From contig BK006946.2 of the NCBI GenBank assembly GCA_000146045.2, positions 96,001 through 160,000 of the forward strand: 64,000 bases of DNA, read 5' to 3'. The DNA comes from TPA_inf: Saccharomyces (lineage: Eukaryota). The notes beneath the pieces were generated by a model. It was not told the origin of the DNA, made no database searches, and was given only the letters and a program-made list of their open reading frames with translations. Positions 8,777 through 19,733 of the stretch are shown here, piece by piece. Every line of letters begins with the position of its first letter. The stretch's first letter is position 1. The position numbers and the translations under genes were made by a program.

Positions 8777-11700
8777 ATGTCATCGGAAGAATTCAAAGGA
8801 CTTCCGATCAAACGAGATATATCCTCCACTATCTATGCTGATAGACCTCCAGCATTATCTGCTCCTCCGTGCGTTGGTGCTACTGGGAATGATAAAATAC
8901 AAGTACTACCGATCCCCAAGAAATCTAGGACTATCAAAACCGATAAGCCAAGACCTTTCCTATGCCACATCTGTACAAGGGGGTTCGTGAGACAAGAGCA
9001 TTTAAAACGACATCAAAGAGCACATACGAACGAGAAACCCTTTCTCTGTGTCTTTTGCGGAAGGTGTTTTGCAAGAAGGGATCTGGTTTTGCGGCATCAA
9101 CATAAACTACACTCAGCACTGGTTTCTAAAGAATCTATAAACTCTAAGGATAAAACTGAAATAGATGCTATCAATGATAAGAATATAATTCAGATTCAAG
9201 GCAATAAGCAAACAATTTTACCAACGCCTAGCAATCCGCTAGCAAAGACGGCAGTACAGTTGAAAAAAGCCGCCAAAGAGAAAAAAAATGGTAAGCAAGG
9301 CAAATTAGACCTGAGTCCTTCATACGGGGCAAATAATCATAGTACAGACGTTTCACCGTCAGTGGGGAACTCATCAACACCTGCTGTAATCGAAGAGACA
9401 GACTCGTCTTCCCATTTTCCGCTTCCAGATACAAATATTCCGACCAAATCAAAGAGGCATGCATCATTTTCGGCATCTAGCGCATTCACATATAGTTCAG
9501 ATAACTTTCAAAAGCTACATCAACAAGCAAAATCGGATTTTGATGAACTACAGGAAAGTATCCCTCACCAAGTGGGATTTTCTACACCCCAATTAACGGC
9601 ACAACAACTTATAGAAAATGCTATTGAATCTGGTGTTGTGGACTTGGAAACTTTGGATTTACCGCCATTTTTATCGTTAGATGGCTTACCACCCGCGAGC
9701 TCAAGTGCTGCTGTAGCAGCATCCGAGCAGATAGATATCTGTCCCTCCTCTGCGACAGACACTATCTCTGGCGCTAACAGTACTCCAAACCAAGCAGCAA
9801 CAGCTCCTCCTTTTCAATTACCAATAGCAAGGGAAAGCAGTTCCTTGTTTTTGGCAAATACCCCTTATTTATCTGACTTTTTAACAATGGGATCTTCCTA
9901 TGGTGGTTCTGGAGGGTTTGCCAAATCTATCACTGCTGATCCCAGTTTGGACTATTTCAACTACAAAAACCATTCGCATCCAGATTCAAGGCATAACAAC
10001 AGCTCCAGCGGTATCAATTATAGCAATAATAAAAACAACAATGAATCAATTGAAAAATCTCAAAACAACAGTAACGTAATCAATGAAACTATTGACCACA
10101 CTGACATCCATGCCCATCACGCGGATGCTCATGATGACTCCTTCATAGAAAGTGAAGAGTGGCTCTCTAAGTTTATTATGGACTCTCAGATTGATAATGA
10201 TCTTAAACTTAATATAAACCATTTTAACGATATTGGGTTTAACAATTTACACCCTCAAAATCCTACGACCCATTCTGAACCAAGAAATATGCATAATGAA
10301 AACAGAGATATGCACCGATCTGCAAGCAAATTTCAATCTGTATCGGAAAACATCTCTCCAAGGGAACAAATGTCTTTGTTTAAAACTAAACAGAACAAGG
10401 CCATTTCAAAATTTCTGTCTGACGAGAAAATTCCTTCAACTGCGTCACCATCTTCCTCTGCTTCGCCAGTTCAGTTTGATAAAAAAAATGTTGACATCAA
10501 TGAATTTTTACTGGACGAGTCCGTGTCCAACTTATTCACGACTAGGCAAATTGATTTATTCAAGAAAAATGTGAACTTATATTCACCACTATTTCAAAAT
10601 CAAAAAGACGCAGTCTCATCTACAAGCCTGACGCCATCGTTGACTACACAAACTGCAACGACACAATCGGGGCCAGGGTGGACAGATTCCTCCCAAAAGC
10701 TGACTTTCTTTACAGAACAGTTGAGAAATTTAATTATTAAAGAAAACAATCTAAAGTCTAATCTCTTTCCCACTGTTGATGAACTGAATCATTATGTCGA
10801 TTTATATCAAGTGGAATTTCATAAATATTTCCCCTTTATTCATTTATACTCAATTATACCATCCAGTGAAAACTATCCTTTAGTAATATCCATCAGTATG
10901 ATTGGTGCTCTTTACGGATTTCATTCCACACATGCACTACTATTGTCGAAAATAGCAAGGACGAGAGTTAGAATGTTCCTAGAAAATACTCGAAGCAATC
11001 ATGATAAGACACCAATTTGGCTAATGCAATCTTTAGTCTTATTAACGTTTACCAGCATTTTCTCCAATGATATGAATGCCTTTAGAACCGTGAATACCCA
11101 GATAATGATTTTGGTTCAGTTGATTAAAATTTCAAAGTTGAATTACCCATTAGAAAACTTCATTAAGCCACCGATCGAAAGTGACCATGTTTTAGAATAT
11201 CAAGATAACCCCGCTGTTTTGAACCAGTTCAAGGCTCAATACAATACCCGTGAACAAATAAACAGAAATTTCAAATATTTTATCTTAGCACAATCAAGAA
11301 TAAGAATATGCCACATAGTCCTGCTGATTTCTAACCTCTTTAAATCCTTAGTGGATTTCGATTGTTGTTTTCATTCCATAGATTTGAAGTGTGGTGTTCC
11401 TTGTTACAACGAGGTACTGTTCTTTTGCGAAAATTCAAGAACTTGGAATGAGAACTTGACGAGATTCAATATCGTTTTGGATTCCAAGTTTTCCCTAATT
11501 GAAGTATCTAATGGTGAATCAAACTACGAGAAGTGCTTGATGTATTTGTCAAACGGTAATCCTTATCTTTATAAAAACGCTAAAATCTCATTCAAGACTT
11601 TGCTATCTTTACTGATCTCTATTCATGAAAAGATAAACATCGAAAGAGATGCGTTGAAAGATAGTTACGAAAGCGATTTCCATGCGAAGAATGTTCAGTG

Positions 11701-12532
11701 GCGGATGCATTCAAGACCCTTGGTCGCCACAATGCTAAAACATTGGGAACTACTTTACATCAAAAATGGTGGGATATTGGCTCTCAGTGACGAAAACCTG
11801 CCAATAATAAATACTAATCCGTCGTTTAGATTGATAATTCCCTTGTACTTCTTTGCAAAGCTAAGGAAGTGCCTTGATATTGCTCCAACACTAAGATGCA
11901 TTTGGAACCAAGACTGGAACTCAATGAATAGCTCTTTAGAAAAAGTGTGCTACGAGCGGGAATCACTACGAGAGGCCACAGAGTACGCTGTATCCGTTAT
12001 CACTTTCTGGATTGATACTGTCTCTGTAATGAAGGGTAAATCGACACAGACTCCAATCTTCACCATTACTTGTATTTTTGTTTCGATATTGGTCATAGCG
12101 GGGTACATGAGGAGATTGGAAGACTTTGCTCAAAACAAAAACAGTGATTGTATGATTGGTAGTTTAAAAAGCACTGACAGGATCTTGTGGTTAAAAGCAT
12201 TCAAAACTTTGAAGAGGATCGAATCACATTTATCTGAAAGAGAGTATAAATTACAAACATTTGCTGAGTTTTTAAGGGTTCCAGATAATGGCAGTCTTGA
12301 TATTGAGAGTTTGGACTCATCCTTAATAGAGAATACTTTGAATTCACATGATGTTACCAATCAAGCGCTGGACATAATCACGAGAACAAGATTGTCATCA
12401 AGAACATTGTATTGCGGTGCTAGAATTCTTGGCGATACACCAGTCTGGCCCGTATCTCTGTTGTTTGCTCATGCCTTACAATCTAGGGCTATTTACAATA
12501 TCAACCACAGGAAATCTGTAAACAGTGTATAG
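8777..12532 (+). CDS. TDA9: C2H2 zinc-finger transcription factor (RSF2 paralog), 1251 aa
   Basis: Two tandem C2H2 fingers (FLCHICTRGFVRQEHLKRHQRAHTNEKPFLCVFCGRCFARRDLVLRHQHKLH) followed by a long low-complexity region. The start is placed at MSSEEFKG to give 1251 aa (YML081W). Confidence 0.8.
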   Translation: MSSEEFKGLPIKRDISSTIYADRPPALSAPPCVGATGNDKIQVLPIPKKSRTIKTDKPRPFLCHICTRGFVRQEHLKRHQRAHTNEKPFLCVFCGRCFARRDLVLRHQHKLHSALVSKESINSKDKTEIDAINDKNIIQIQGNKQTILPTPSNPLAKTAVQLKKAAKEKKNGKQGKLDLSPSYGANNHSTDVSPSVGNSSTPAVIEETDSSSHFPLPDTNIPTKSKRHASFSASSAFTYSSDNFQKLHQQAKSDFDELQESIPHQVGFSTPQLTAQQLIENAIESGVVDLETLDLPPFLSLDGLPPASSSAAVAASEQIDICPSSATDTISGANSTPNQAATAPPFQLPIARESSSLFLANTPYLSDFLTMGSSYGGSGGFAKSITADPSLDYFNYKNHSHPDSRHNNSSSGINYSNNKNNNESIEKSQNNSNVINETIDHTDIHAHHADAHDDSFIESEEWLSKFIMDSQIDNDLKLNINHFNDIGFNNLHPQNPTTHSEPRNMHNENRDMHRSASKFQSVSENISPREQMSLFKTKQNKAISKFLSDEKIPSTASPSSSASPVQFDKKNVDINEFLLDESVSNLFTTRQIDLFKKNVNLYSPLFQNQKDAVSSTSLTPSLTTQTATTQSGPGWTDSSQKLTFFTEQLRNLIIKENNLKSNLFPTVDELNHYVDLYQVEFHKYFPFIHLYSIIPSSENYPLVISISMIGALYGFHSTHALLLSKIARTRVRMFLENTRSNHDKTPIWLMQSLVLLTFTSIFSNDMNAFRTVNTQIMILVQLIKISKLNYPLENFIKPPIESDHVLEYQDNPAVLNQFKAQYNTREQINRNFKYFILAQSRIRICHIVLLISNLFKSLVDFDCCFHSIDLKCGVPCYNEVLFFCENSRTWNENLTRFNIVLDSKFSLIEVSNGESNYEKCLMYLSNGNPYLYKNAKISFKTLLSLLISIHEKINIERDALKDSYESDFHAKNVQWRMHSRPLVATMLKHWELLYIKNGGILALSDENLPIINTNPSFRLIIPLYFFAKLRKCLDIAPTLRCIWNQDWNSMNSSLEKVCYERESLREATEYAVSVITFWIDTVSVMKGKSTQTPIFTITCIFVSILVIAGYMRRLEDFAQNKNSDCMIGSLKSTDRILWLKAFKTLKRIESHLSEREYKLQTFAEFLRVPDNGSLDIESLDSSLIENTLNSHDVTNQALDIITRTRLSSRTLYCGARILGDTPVWPVSLLFAHALQSRAIYNINHRKSVNSV

Positions 12533-12805
12533 ACTTTAGATAGATATTTAGCATATCCGTATGTAACATTATATTAGTTCTTTAGGGCAAATTGAAAAAT
12601 TTAATCATCTTTTCTTATTCTTAAAAGCGTGAAAATCAAAAAAAAAAATCGATGAGTTGAGAACATATGATAAATAAAAACAAGCAAGGTGATCGTCAAA
12701 CTGCACTCACGCACACATAGATTTTTAGCTCCCAAAGTGCTATCGTCTATACTATCCAAGTTTTTACAGGCTCGCAATAAGCTCAATAAACAATATCAAC
12801 TGCAT

Positions 12806-14077
12806 ATGACTGAACCTGCCCTGAGTAGCGCTAATAACGCTCTGATGCAAAAACTAACAGGTCGACAACTTTTTGACAAGATCGGCCGTCCTACTAGGAT
12901 CGTTGCACCAATGGTAGACCAATCCGAATTAGCATGGCGTATTCTATCGAGAAGATACGGTGCAACCTTGGCGTACACTCCCATGTTACATGCAAAATTA
13001 TTTGCTACCTCGAAGAAATATAGAGAAGATAATTGGTCTTCCTTAGACGGCTCTAGCGTAGATAGGCCGTTGGTTGTACAGTTCTGCGCTAATGACCCAG
13101 AGTATCTATTGGCGGCAGCTAAACTGGTGGAAGATAAATGCGATGCGGTAGATTTGAATTTGGGCTGTCCTCAAGGCATAGCTAAGAAAGGTCACTATGG
13201 GTCATTTTTGATGGAAGAATGGGACCTTATACACAATTTAATCAACACCTTGCACAAAAATTTGAAAGTTCCAGTTACAGCAAAAATACGTATATTTGAC
13301 GACTGTGAAAAGAGTTTGAATTACGCCAAGATGGTGCTGGATGCTGGAGCTCAATTTTTAACCGTCCATGGGAGAGTAAGAGAGCAAAAAGGACAAAAAA
13401 CTGGTTTAGCTAACTGGGAAACAATCAAATACCTAAGAGATAATTTACCTAAAGAAACCGTGTTTTTTGCTAACGGGAATATCTTATATCCTGAAGATAT
13501 TTCACGTTGTATGGAACATATCGGTGCTGACGCAGTGATGAGTGCTGAGGGGAACTTATACAATCCTGGTGTTTTCAATGTAGGCCAAACTAAGAACAAG
13601 GAGAAGATATTTCCACGCGTAGATAAGATTATCAGAGAGTATTTCCAGATTGTCAAAGAATGCCAGGAATCTAAAGCCTCCAAGACAGCAATGAAATCAC
13701 ATTTTTTTAAGATTTTAAGGCCTTTCTTGCCGCATCATACTGATATTAGGTCAACACTTGCTACTATGAATGCAAAAGCCACGTGGGAAGAATGGGAGGA
13801 ACAAGTAGTGAAGCCTGTCGAAAAAGTAGTGCAAGAAATATTTGAACAGCCAGATATCGCTATTAAGGATGAAATTACTATCGGCGAAAAGCAATCATGG
13901 GGTGGTTCATATAGAACTGTTCCATACTGGAGATGTCAACCATATTTTAGGCCTGTTAACGGTATCACAGGTGATAAAAGAGTTATGCAAGGCCTCATAG
14001 ATGAAAGCGTGAACAAGAAACGTAAAGCTGACGTGCCATTAGAATCTGCTGATAAAAAGAAGGACGTGAAAGCTTAA
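12806..14077 (+). CDS. DUS1: tRNA dihydrouridine synthase, 423 aa
   Basis: Dus-family TIM-barrel motifs (VAPMVDQSELAWR..., LNLGCPQ..., VTAKIRI...) read in frame. The start is the ATG at 12806 (MTEPALSS...), giving 423 aa (YML080W). Confidence 0.85.
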   Translation: MTEPALSSANNALMQKLTGRQLFDKIGRPTRIVAPMVDQSELAWRILSRRYGATLAYTPMLHAKLFATSKKYREDNWSSLDGSSVDRPLVVQFCANDPEYLLAAAKLVEDKCDAVDLNLGCPQGIAKKGHYGSFLMEEWDLIHNLINTLHKNLKVPVTAKIRIFDDCEKSLNYAKMVLDAGAQFLTVHGRVREQKGQKTGLANWETIKYLRDNLPKETVFFANGNILYPEDISRCMEHIGADAVMSAEGNLYNPGVFNVGQTKNKEKIFPRVDKIIREYFQIVKECQESKASKTAMKSHFFKILRPFLPHHTDIRSTLATMNAKATWEEWEEQVVKPVEKVVQEIFEQPDIAIKDEITIGEKQSWGGSYRTVPYWRCQPYFRPVNGITGDKRVMQGLIDESVNKKRKADVPLESADKKKDVKA

Positions 14078-14246
14078 AACCTGATAAAATCCATGTATAT
14101 TTCTTTGCCTTTTCTATTCTTTTCTCTAAGTATAGTTTTTATGTATGTATATTAATTCAAACAGAAAATGTTCAACTCCGTCTCCATAAGAAAACTTCTT
14201 TCAATTTGAACACTTGTATATTCAATCAGAATTCGCCATAGAGAGC

Positions 14247-14852
14247 ATGTCAGCCAATGTACAAGAAGCTGCAAATGCAGCTATAGAGCCGGCCAGTTTC
14301 GTTAAAGTCCCAATGCCTGAGCCACCAAGTAGTTTGCAACAATTGATCAATGATTGGCAATTAATCAAGCATAGAGAAGGTGGGTATTTTAAGGAAACAG
14401 ATAGGTCTCCCTACACCATGGAAGTAGAAAAACCAGTAAATGGAGGCTCAGGTAATACTGAAATGGTAACAAGAAATCAATCTACGTTGATCTATTATCT
14501 ACTAACCCCCGACAGCCCAATTGGGAAATTTCATAAGAATATTAACAGGATCATACATATCTTACAAAGAGGCAAGGGTCAATACGTTCTAGTATATCCT
14601 GATGGTCAAGTGAAGTCATTTAAAGTTGGTTTTGACTATAAGAATGGAGAAGTCTCGCAATGGGTTGTCCCCGGAGGTGTGTTTAAGGCAAGTTTCCTTC
14701 TGCCAAACGAAGAATTTGACAACGGTTTCTTGATTAGTGAAGTAGTGGTACCAGGTTTTGACTTTGAGGACCATACCTTCTTGAAGGGTGAAGATGAACT
14801 GAAACATCTTGTGGGACCTGAAAAGGCAGCTGAGTTAGCTTTTTTAGCTTGA
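14247..14852 (+). CDS. cupin-like protein of unknown function (YML079W), 201 aa
   Basis: Start at MSANVQEAANAAIE gives 201 aa. Position and length match YML079W. Confidence 0.7.
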   Translation: MSANVQEAANAAIEPASFVKVPMPEPPSSLQQLINDWQLIKHREGGYFKETDRSPYTMEVEKPVNGGSGNTEMVTRNQSTLIYYLLTPDSPIGKFHKNINRIIHILQRGKGQYVLVYPDGQVKSFKVGFDYKNGEVSQWVVPGGVFKASFLLPNEEFDNGFLISEVVVPGFDFEDHTFLKGEDELKHLVGPEKAAELAFLA

Positions 14853-15001
14853 ACTTTTGTACTTAGTTATTATCAAAATAACCAATAAGAATTATTTTAG
14901 TCCTTTCGCACCGCGATTATTAATAAACTCAATATTTTTTTCCTATTTAATTCCATAAAGAAACAAAAAAAAAAGCAAGCAACTACAAAGGTCTACTTAC
15001 C

Positions 15002-15550
15002 ATGTTTAAACGTTCCATCATTCAACAGTCCCGCTTATTCTCCAATTCTGCTTCTAGACTAGGTAAAAAAGTGTTCTTTGATCCTGCGGTCAATGGAACC
15101 AAAATCGGCAGAATAGAATTTGAATTATATGATAATGTGGTTCCTAAAACTGCTGAAAATTTCAGAGCCTTATGTACCGGCGAAAAGGGCTGGGGCTATA
15201 AAGGTGTCCCTTTCCACAGAATCATCCCAGACTTCATGATCCAAGGTGGTGACACTGATTTGACTAACGGTTTTGGGGGCAAATCCATTTACGGTTCCAA
15301 GTTCGCTGACGAAAATTTTGTCAAAAAGCATGACAAGGCAGGTTTGTTATCTATGGCAAATGCTGGACCAAACACTAACGGTTCTCAATTCTTCATTACC
15401 ACTGTGCCTTGTCCATGGTTGGATGGAAAACACGTTGTCTTTGGTGAGGTAACCAAAGGTATGGACATTGTCAAAGCAATCGAATCATACGGTACTGCTT
15501 CTGGTAAACCAAGAGCTGAAATCGTTATCGAAGAAGCTGGTGAGTTATGA
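15002..15550 (+). CDS. CPR3: mitochondrial cyclophilin (peptidyl-prolyl cis-trans isomerase), 182 aa
   Basis: Cyclophilin core ([16 protein letters not shown]..., [18 protein letters not shown]) preceded by an N-terminal presequence-like segment. 182 aa (YML078W). Confidence 0.9.
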   Translation: MFKRSIIQQSRLFSNSASRLGKKVFFDPAVNGTKIGRIEFELYDNVVPKTAENFRALCTGEKGWGYKGVPFHRIIPDFMIQGGDTDLTNGFGGKSIYGSKFADENFVKKHDKAGLLSMANAGPNTNGSQFFITTVPCPWLDGKHVVFGEVTKGMDIVKAIESYGTASGKPRAEIVIEEAGEL

Positions 15551-15864
15551 AGGCTTATATGAAGCTAAGGTCTCTCATATTTCTAGCATATAAGGTATGC
15601 GTTATCTCTATGTCTACGAATTATATCTGTTTATAGTGTTTTATTTTATATAGACTCGCTGGCTCATAAAAAATCAACCAACTTTTATTCTGGTTTGCCT
15701 CAGTCGAAATGTTGTCCTTTACTATTGACTAGTGTTGAAGAATTTCCGGATCTTATATTTTCGACAATTGAGTTCCAACATACATTACAGAAAAAATACA
15801 AAAAAAAAATACAGAACTATCGTAAGATAATCTGCTTTTGATATAAATCATAAATCAGTGGAGC

Positions 15865-16344
15865 ATGGGGATATATTCATTTTGGATCTTTGATAGGCAT
15901 TGTAACTGTATATTTGATAGAGAATGGACATTGGCGTCCAATAGCGCAAGTGGTACAATAAACTCCAAACAGAATGAAGAAGATGCAAAACTTCTGTATG
16001 GTATGATATTTTCGTTACGCTCCATTACACAAAAGCTCTCCAAAGGGTCTGTTAAAAATGACATACGGAGTATATCTACAGGAAAGTATAGAGTCCACAC
16101 ATACTGTACAGCTTCAGGGCTATGGTTTGTTCTATTGTCCGACTTTAAACAGCAGTCTTACACTCAGGTTTTACAGTATATTTACAGCCATATTTATGTC
16201 AAATACGTGAGCAACAACTTATTATCACCGTACGATTTCGCTGAAAACGAAAATGAAATGAGAGGTCAAGGGACAAGAAAGATCACCAATAGAAACTTTA
16301 TATCCGTTCTCGAGTCATTTCTAGCACCAATGGTTAATCAGTGA
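15865..16344 (+). CDS. BET5: TRAPP complex subunit, 159 aa
   Basis: 159-aa ORF (MGIYSFWIFDRHCNCIFDREW...) in the position expected for YML077W. Sybindin-like small TRAPP subunit. Confidence 0.8.
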   Translation: MGIYSFWIFDRHCNCIFDREWTLASNSASGTINSKQNEEDAKLLYGMIFSLRSITQKLSKGSVKNDIRSISTGKYRVHTYCTASGLWFVLLSDFKQQSYTQVLQYIYSHIYVKYVSNNLLSPYDFAENENEMRGQGTRKITNRNFISVLESFLAPMVNQ

Positions 16345-16512
16345 GCACGAACCATGAGCAGAAGAAAAACCTAAAATAAATAGAAGCGATGAATTGAATT
16401 GCATTCATCGTATATATACCTAAGGATAAATTAATTAGTTTTACATATTTTAAACTTTGTTTGTTAATACAAACTCGGATCTGGTTTGGGTCATAATTTT
16501 TGTTGTGGGGGC

Positions 16513-19347
16513 TCAAATATCATTCATGAAAAGGTCTGTCCAAAACTCGTCATTTAATGAATTAACGCCCCATGCTAAGGAGTTTATATCCGTCAAATAA
16601 TCGTTCAAGTTGTCTACCGATGAACTAGGTGATGGTTTTATATTAGTTGAGTCAGCAGAGTTAGTCACATCATTAGAAATAAATGGTGGTGGTAATAGAG
16701 TTGTGCCTGTCATACTCTCTCGGTGTTCATGTGGGGATTCATTCATATATGAAGTACTGTTAATATTCAGGTTCATTGCGGCAGTATCGTCACGAACTCT
16801 TGAGTATACTGGCAGCATTTCATCAGGTACAGCGGTTATGTTTTGGTTTGTATTATTGTCGATAATTGGATCTTCTTCTGTTGGCATCTTTTGTGACTCG
16901 GTTACATATGCATTTATTGGCTTCGTACCATCGTGGCCATTGCTTACTTCGTCTATGACCTGCTTTTCCTTTAGTTTCTCCCTTTCTGCATTGTAGCGAT
17001 CAGCAACATCAATAACTTTGTTTGCGTAGGTTTGACAAAATAACGCAATAACATACCTAAATTTGTAAAGAGAGTTGTTGAAGGGATACAGCTCTGATGT
17101 TTTTTCTAAAAGATTGTTTACCCCTATTACCAAGGCAATAGCATCATCTGTAAGGGGCATTAAATCGTGAAACGAAGGAATAGCGACTACGGAATAGCGC
17201 AGCTTTAATAAGAGCATACCAACGGTATATATGATCCTGGAAGTATGAAATAAAGGTAATGAGGTAATTAAAATTGGCTCCAACTTGGAAAATTCCTCAA
17301 GGGCAGATTTACAGCAATGATAGCATTTAACAAAATCATCCATTATTTCTCTGGGCAATTCGACTTTTTCGTTTATGGTATGCGACATTTCCCCGATGAA
17401 TACTGCAAGTTTATACTGGTATAAATAAGCTTCTACAGAGTAATAAAATGCAATCACTCTTGGCCTGTTTCTGTCAAGTTTAGTGAAAATCTCTTGCAAT
17501 TGCTTGTGGTATTTTTCCATTAGTTTATTAAGATACTTTTTAGTAAAAATAGGATCATCAAACTCGTCATCATTTAGATCTCTCTCATGTAGGTGTGTGT
17601 GAATATTTTCCAAGACGTGGTTCATTTTAGCAAATTGAACCAAGATGGGATCATCAGCTGAATCAAGTAATAGTTTATCGTTGTCATAATGTCGCGATTT
17701 TTTCGTCTCTTTAACTAAATCCTCGCAGGCCTTTTCCGTGACGTGACTCCAACGAGCTTGTATTGATTGACGTAGAAAAATTGAAATATTGAGTGCGGAA
17801 ATGTATACCAATAAAGTTAAACTGGCGCCATTACTGTAAAGTTCCAAAGGTGACTTGAATCTCTTTGGATCCTCGTCACTAAACATACCAAAGGATCGAT
17901 TGACATAGGTAGGCCCCAAATCTCTAGTTAAACAGCAACAGATGTAATTAAATATATGGTATCTCGTTTTACTTGACCATTCAAAAAAATTATACCATAG
18001 ACATAATGTAGACAGTGATTCGATGATTTCGATAGATTTATTATTAGCCTTGAAAATCTGATTTGTAATTAAGTTTAGTACAAAACTATCAAGCTTCATA
18101 ATAGTTCCTCTGGTGGTTTGTTTGGGTGTTAGTACAATTGAAACACATGACATAATGACGGAGAATAAAATAGGTTTCTTCTTTCTTAATTCATCGACAC
18201 TAACATTCTCTTCGACCTTTATGAATGGTAATTTTGACAAATATGAAATCTCGGTTTTATAAAGATGTAAGCGAAGCGTCGCTTCTTCATGAGATATGAT
18301 TCCTACTGATACAGGATCTGCAATGGTTGGCAAAAACATGCTCTTTTCAACAAGGTCATTCCACTGCTTTGACCAAGTGTCAAGCTTCATCGAAATATCT
18401 CTAATTTTACCTTTTTGAGAAATAATCAGTGATTGTAGCTGCTTCCTGAACGACCGTGTCATATGTCTAGAGTATGATTTCTTTTGTCTTTTCACTTTGA
18501 CGTTCTGTGTTTCCTCATCACCCACAATTTTAGGCCTATGTTTGAACAGTGCCTCGCTGTTAATGCTGGTAGGCGCAGATGAAATCGGTACGGGGGAGTT
18601 GTAGGTACTGTATATAACTGGCGCATCACTAATATTAGTATGCTCATCGTTAGATGCTAAAACTGCTGGATTTGTGGGCACACTGCCATTGGATTTTGTA
18701 TGATTATTGGTGGTTATCTCTCCGGTAGATGTGGTTTCGGCCTCTCTTGCTCCATATGAGGGTGGTTGGCTTAAAGTTGACCAAAGATCGGATAAACTTT
18801 GTTGAAGTCCAGGTAAGACTGTCCGAGAGTTTGGAAATTGTTTAGCGTTTGGGTCAGAAGGGAAACTGGCGAGGTAAGATGTACCATCCTTCAAGCTAGA
18901 TTCTTCAGAATCTGTTGGGCCTTTGCTTTTAGTAGAGACATTCACCATCGGCGATTCAAAAGGTGTGGGTGACCTTGATCTAGGCTTTCTCTTCCTTGTC
19001 CTTTTTGAAAGATCAAACTTGCACAGCTTCTTGTGTTTCAGACACCTTCGACAAGGTTTCCTATAAATATCGTTAACATCAGAAGGCTCACATTTTTGCT
19101 TCAAGGAATGGCAGCATACACAAGCAAATGAGTTTCTTTTGGTCTTCCCCTTTTCAGTAGTCTCTAGTTTTGTAGGATACGAAAGCCTAGGGTCATCTTT
19201 GGAGCATCCTTCTATAATAGTTTGTGTGGCCTTATCTATGCATGGGACATCCGCCTTCGGCAAAGAAACTTTTTGGTCGGTCTTTGAATTATCATTATTG
19301 ATTTCTTTCCCGACGGCAACGCCAGTTATTGCAATCTGCGTGTCCAT
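16513..19347 (-). CDS. WAR1: Zn2Cys6 transcription factor for weak-acid stress response, 944 aa
   Basis: Zn2Cys6 motif CVCCHSLKQKCEPSDVNDIYRKPCRRCLKHKKLC. Start at MDTQIAITGV gives 944 aa (YML076C). Confidence 0.85.
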   Translation of the reverse strand: MDTQIAITGVAVGKEINNDNSKTDQKVSLPKADVPCIDKATQTIIEGCSKDDPRLSYPTKLETTEKGKTKRNSFACVCCHSLKQKCEPSDVNDIYRKPCRRCLKHKKLCKFDLSKRTRKRKPRSRSPTPFESPMVNVSTKSKGPTDSEESSLKDGTSYLASFPSDPNAKQFPNSRTVLPGLQQSLSDLWSTLSQPPSYGAREAETTSTGEITTNNHTKSNGSVPTNPAVLASNDEHTNISDAPVIYSTYNSPVPISSAPTSINSEALFKHRPKIVGDEETQNVKVKRQKKSYSRHMTRSFRKQLQSLIISQKGKIRDISMKLDTWSKQWNDLVEKSMFLPTIADPVSVGIISHEEATLRLHLYKTEISYLSKLPFIKVEENVSVDELRKKKPILFSVIMSCVSIVLTPKQTTRGTIMKLDSFVLNLITNQIFKANNKSIEIIESLSTLCLWYNFFEWSSKTRYHIFNYICCCLTRDLGPTYVNRSFGMFSDEDPKRFKSPLELYSNGASLTLLVYISALNISIFLRQSIQARWSHVTEKACEDLVKETKKSRHYDNDKLLLDSADDPILVQFAKMNHVLENIHTHLHERDLNDDEFDDPIFTKKYLNKLMEKYHKQLQEIFTKLDRNRPRVIAFYYSVEAYLYQYKLAVFIGEMSHTINEKVELPREIMDDFVKCYHCCKSALEEFSKLEPILITSLPLFHTSRIIYTVGMLLLKLRYSVVAIPSFHDLMPLTDDAIALVIGVNNLLEKTSELYPFNNSLYKFRYVIALFCQTYANKVIDVADRYNAEREKLKEKQVIDEVSNGHDGTKPINAYVTESQKMPTEEDPIIDNNTNQNITAVPDEMLPVYSRVRDDTAAMNLNINSTSYMNESPHEHRESMTGTTLLPPPFISNDVTNSADSTNIKPSPSSSVDNLNDYLTDINSLAWGVNSLNDEFWTDLFMNDI

Positions 19348-19733
19348 GTTGTAATTCAACCCTGAAGATCTTCCCGATCACAGTCAATACACACTAGATA
19401 TTAATGTATACTGTATGAAAAAATTGACTTTCCGCTTCATTGCTCCTACATTTATCGGATGGCGCACATAGCTAAAAAAGGAAGATTTTCACTCATAAGG
19501 GAAAGGAACCGCATGACTCAAGAGAAGCATGTGGTTTTTGAGTTTTTTTCGTTGAATTTTCAGGTAAAGCTCAATAGTTATGACAATTACAACAACAGAA
19601 TTCTTTCTATATATGCACGAACTTGTAATATGGAAGAAATTATGACGTACAAACTATAAAGTAAATATTTTACGTAACACATGGTGCTGTTGTGCTTCTT
19701 TTTCAAGAGAATACCAATGACGTATGACTAAGT

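Noticed and set aside
8581-8990. Small ORFs (82 aa minus, 91 aa plus) in the ATP18/TDA9 divergent promoter
   Set aside because: They overlap each other and the TDA9 5' end, and carry no conserved features. Treated as promoter sequence.
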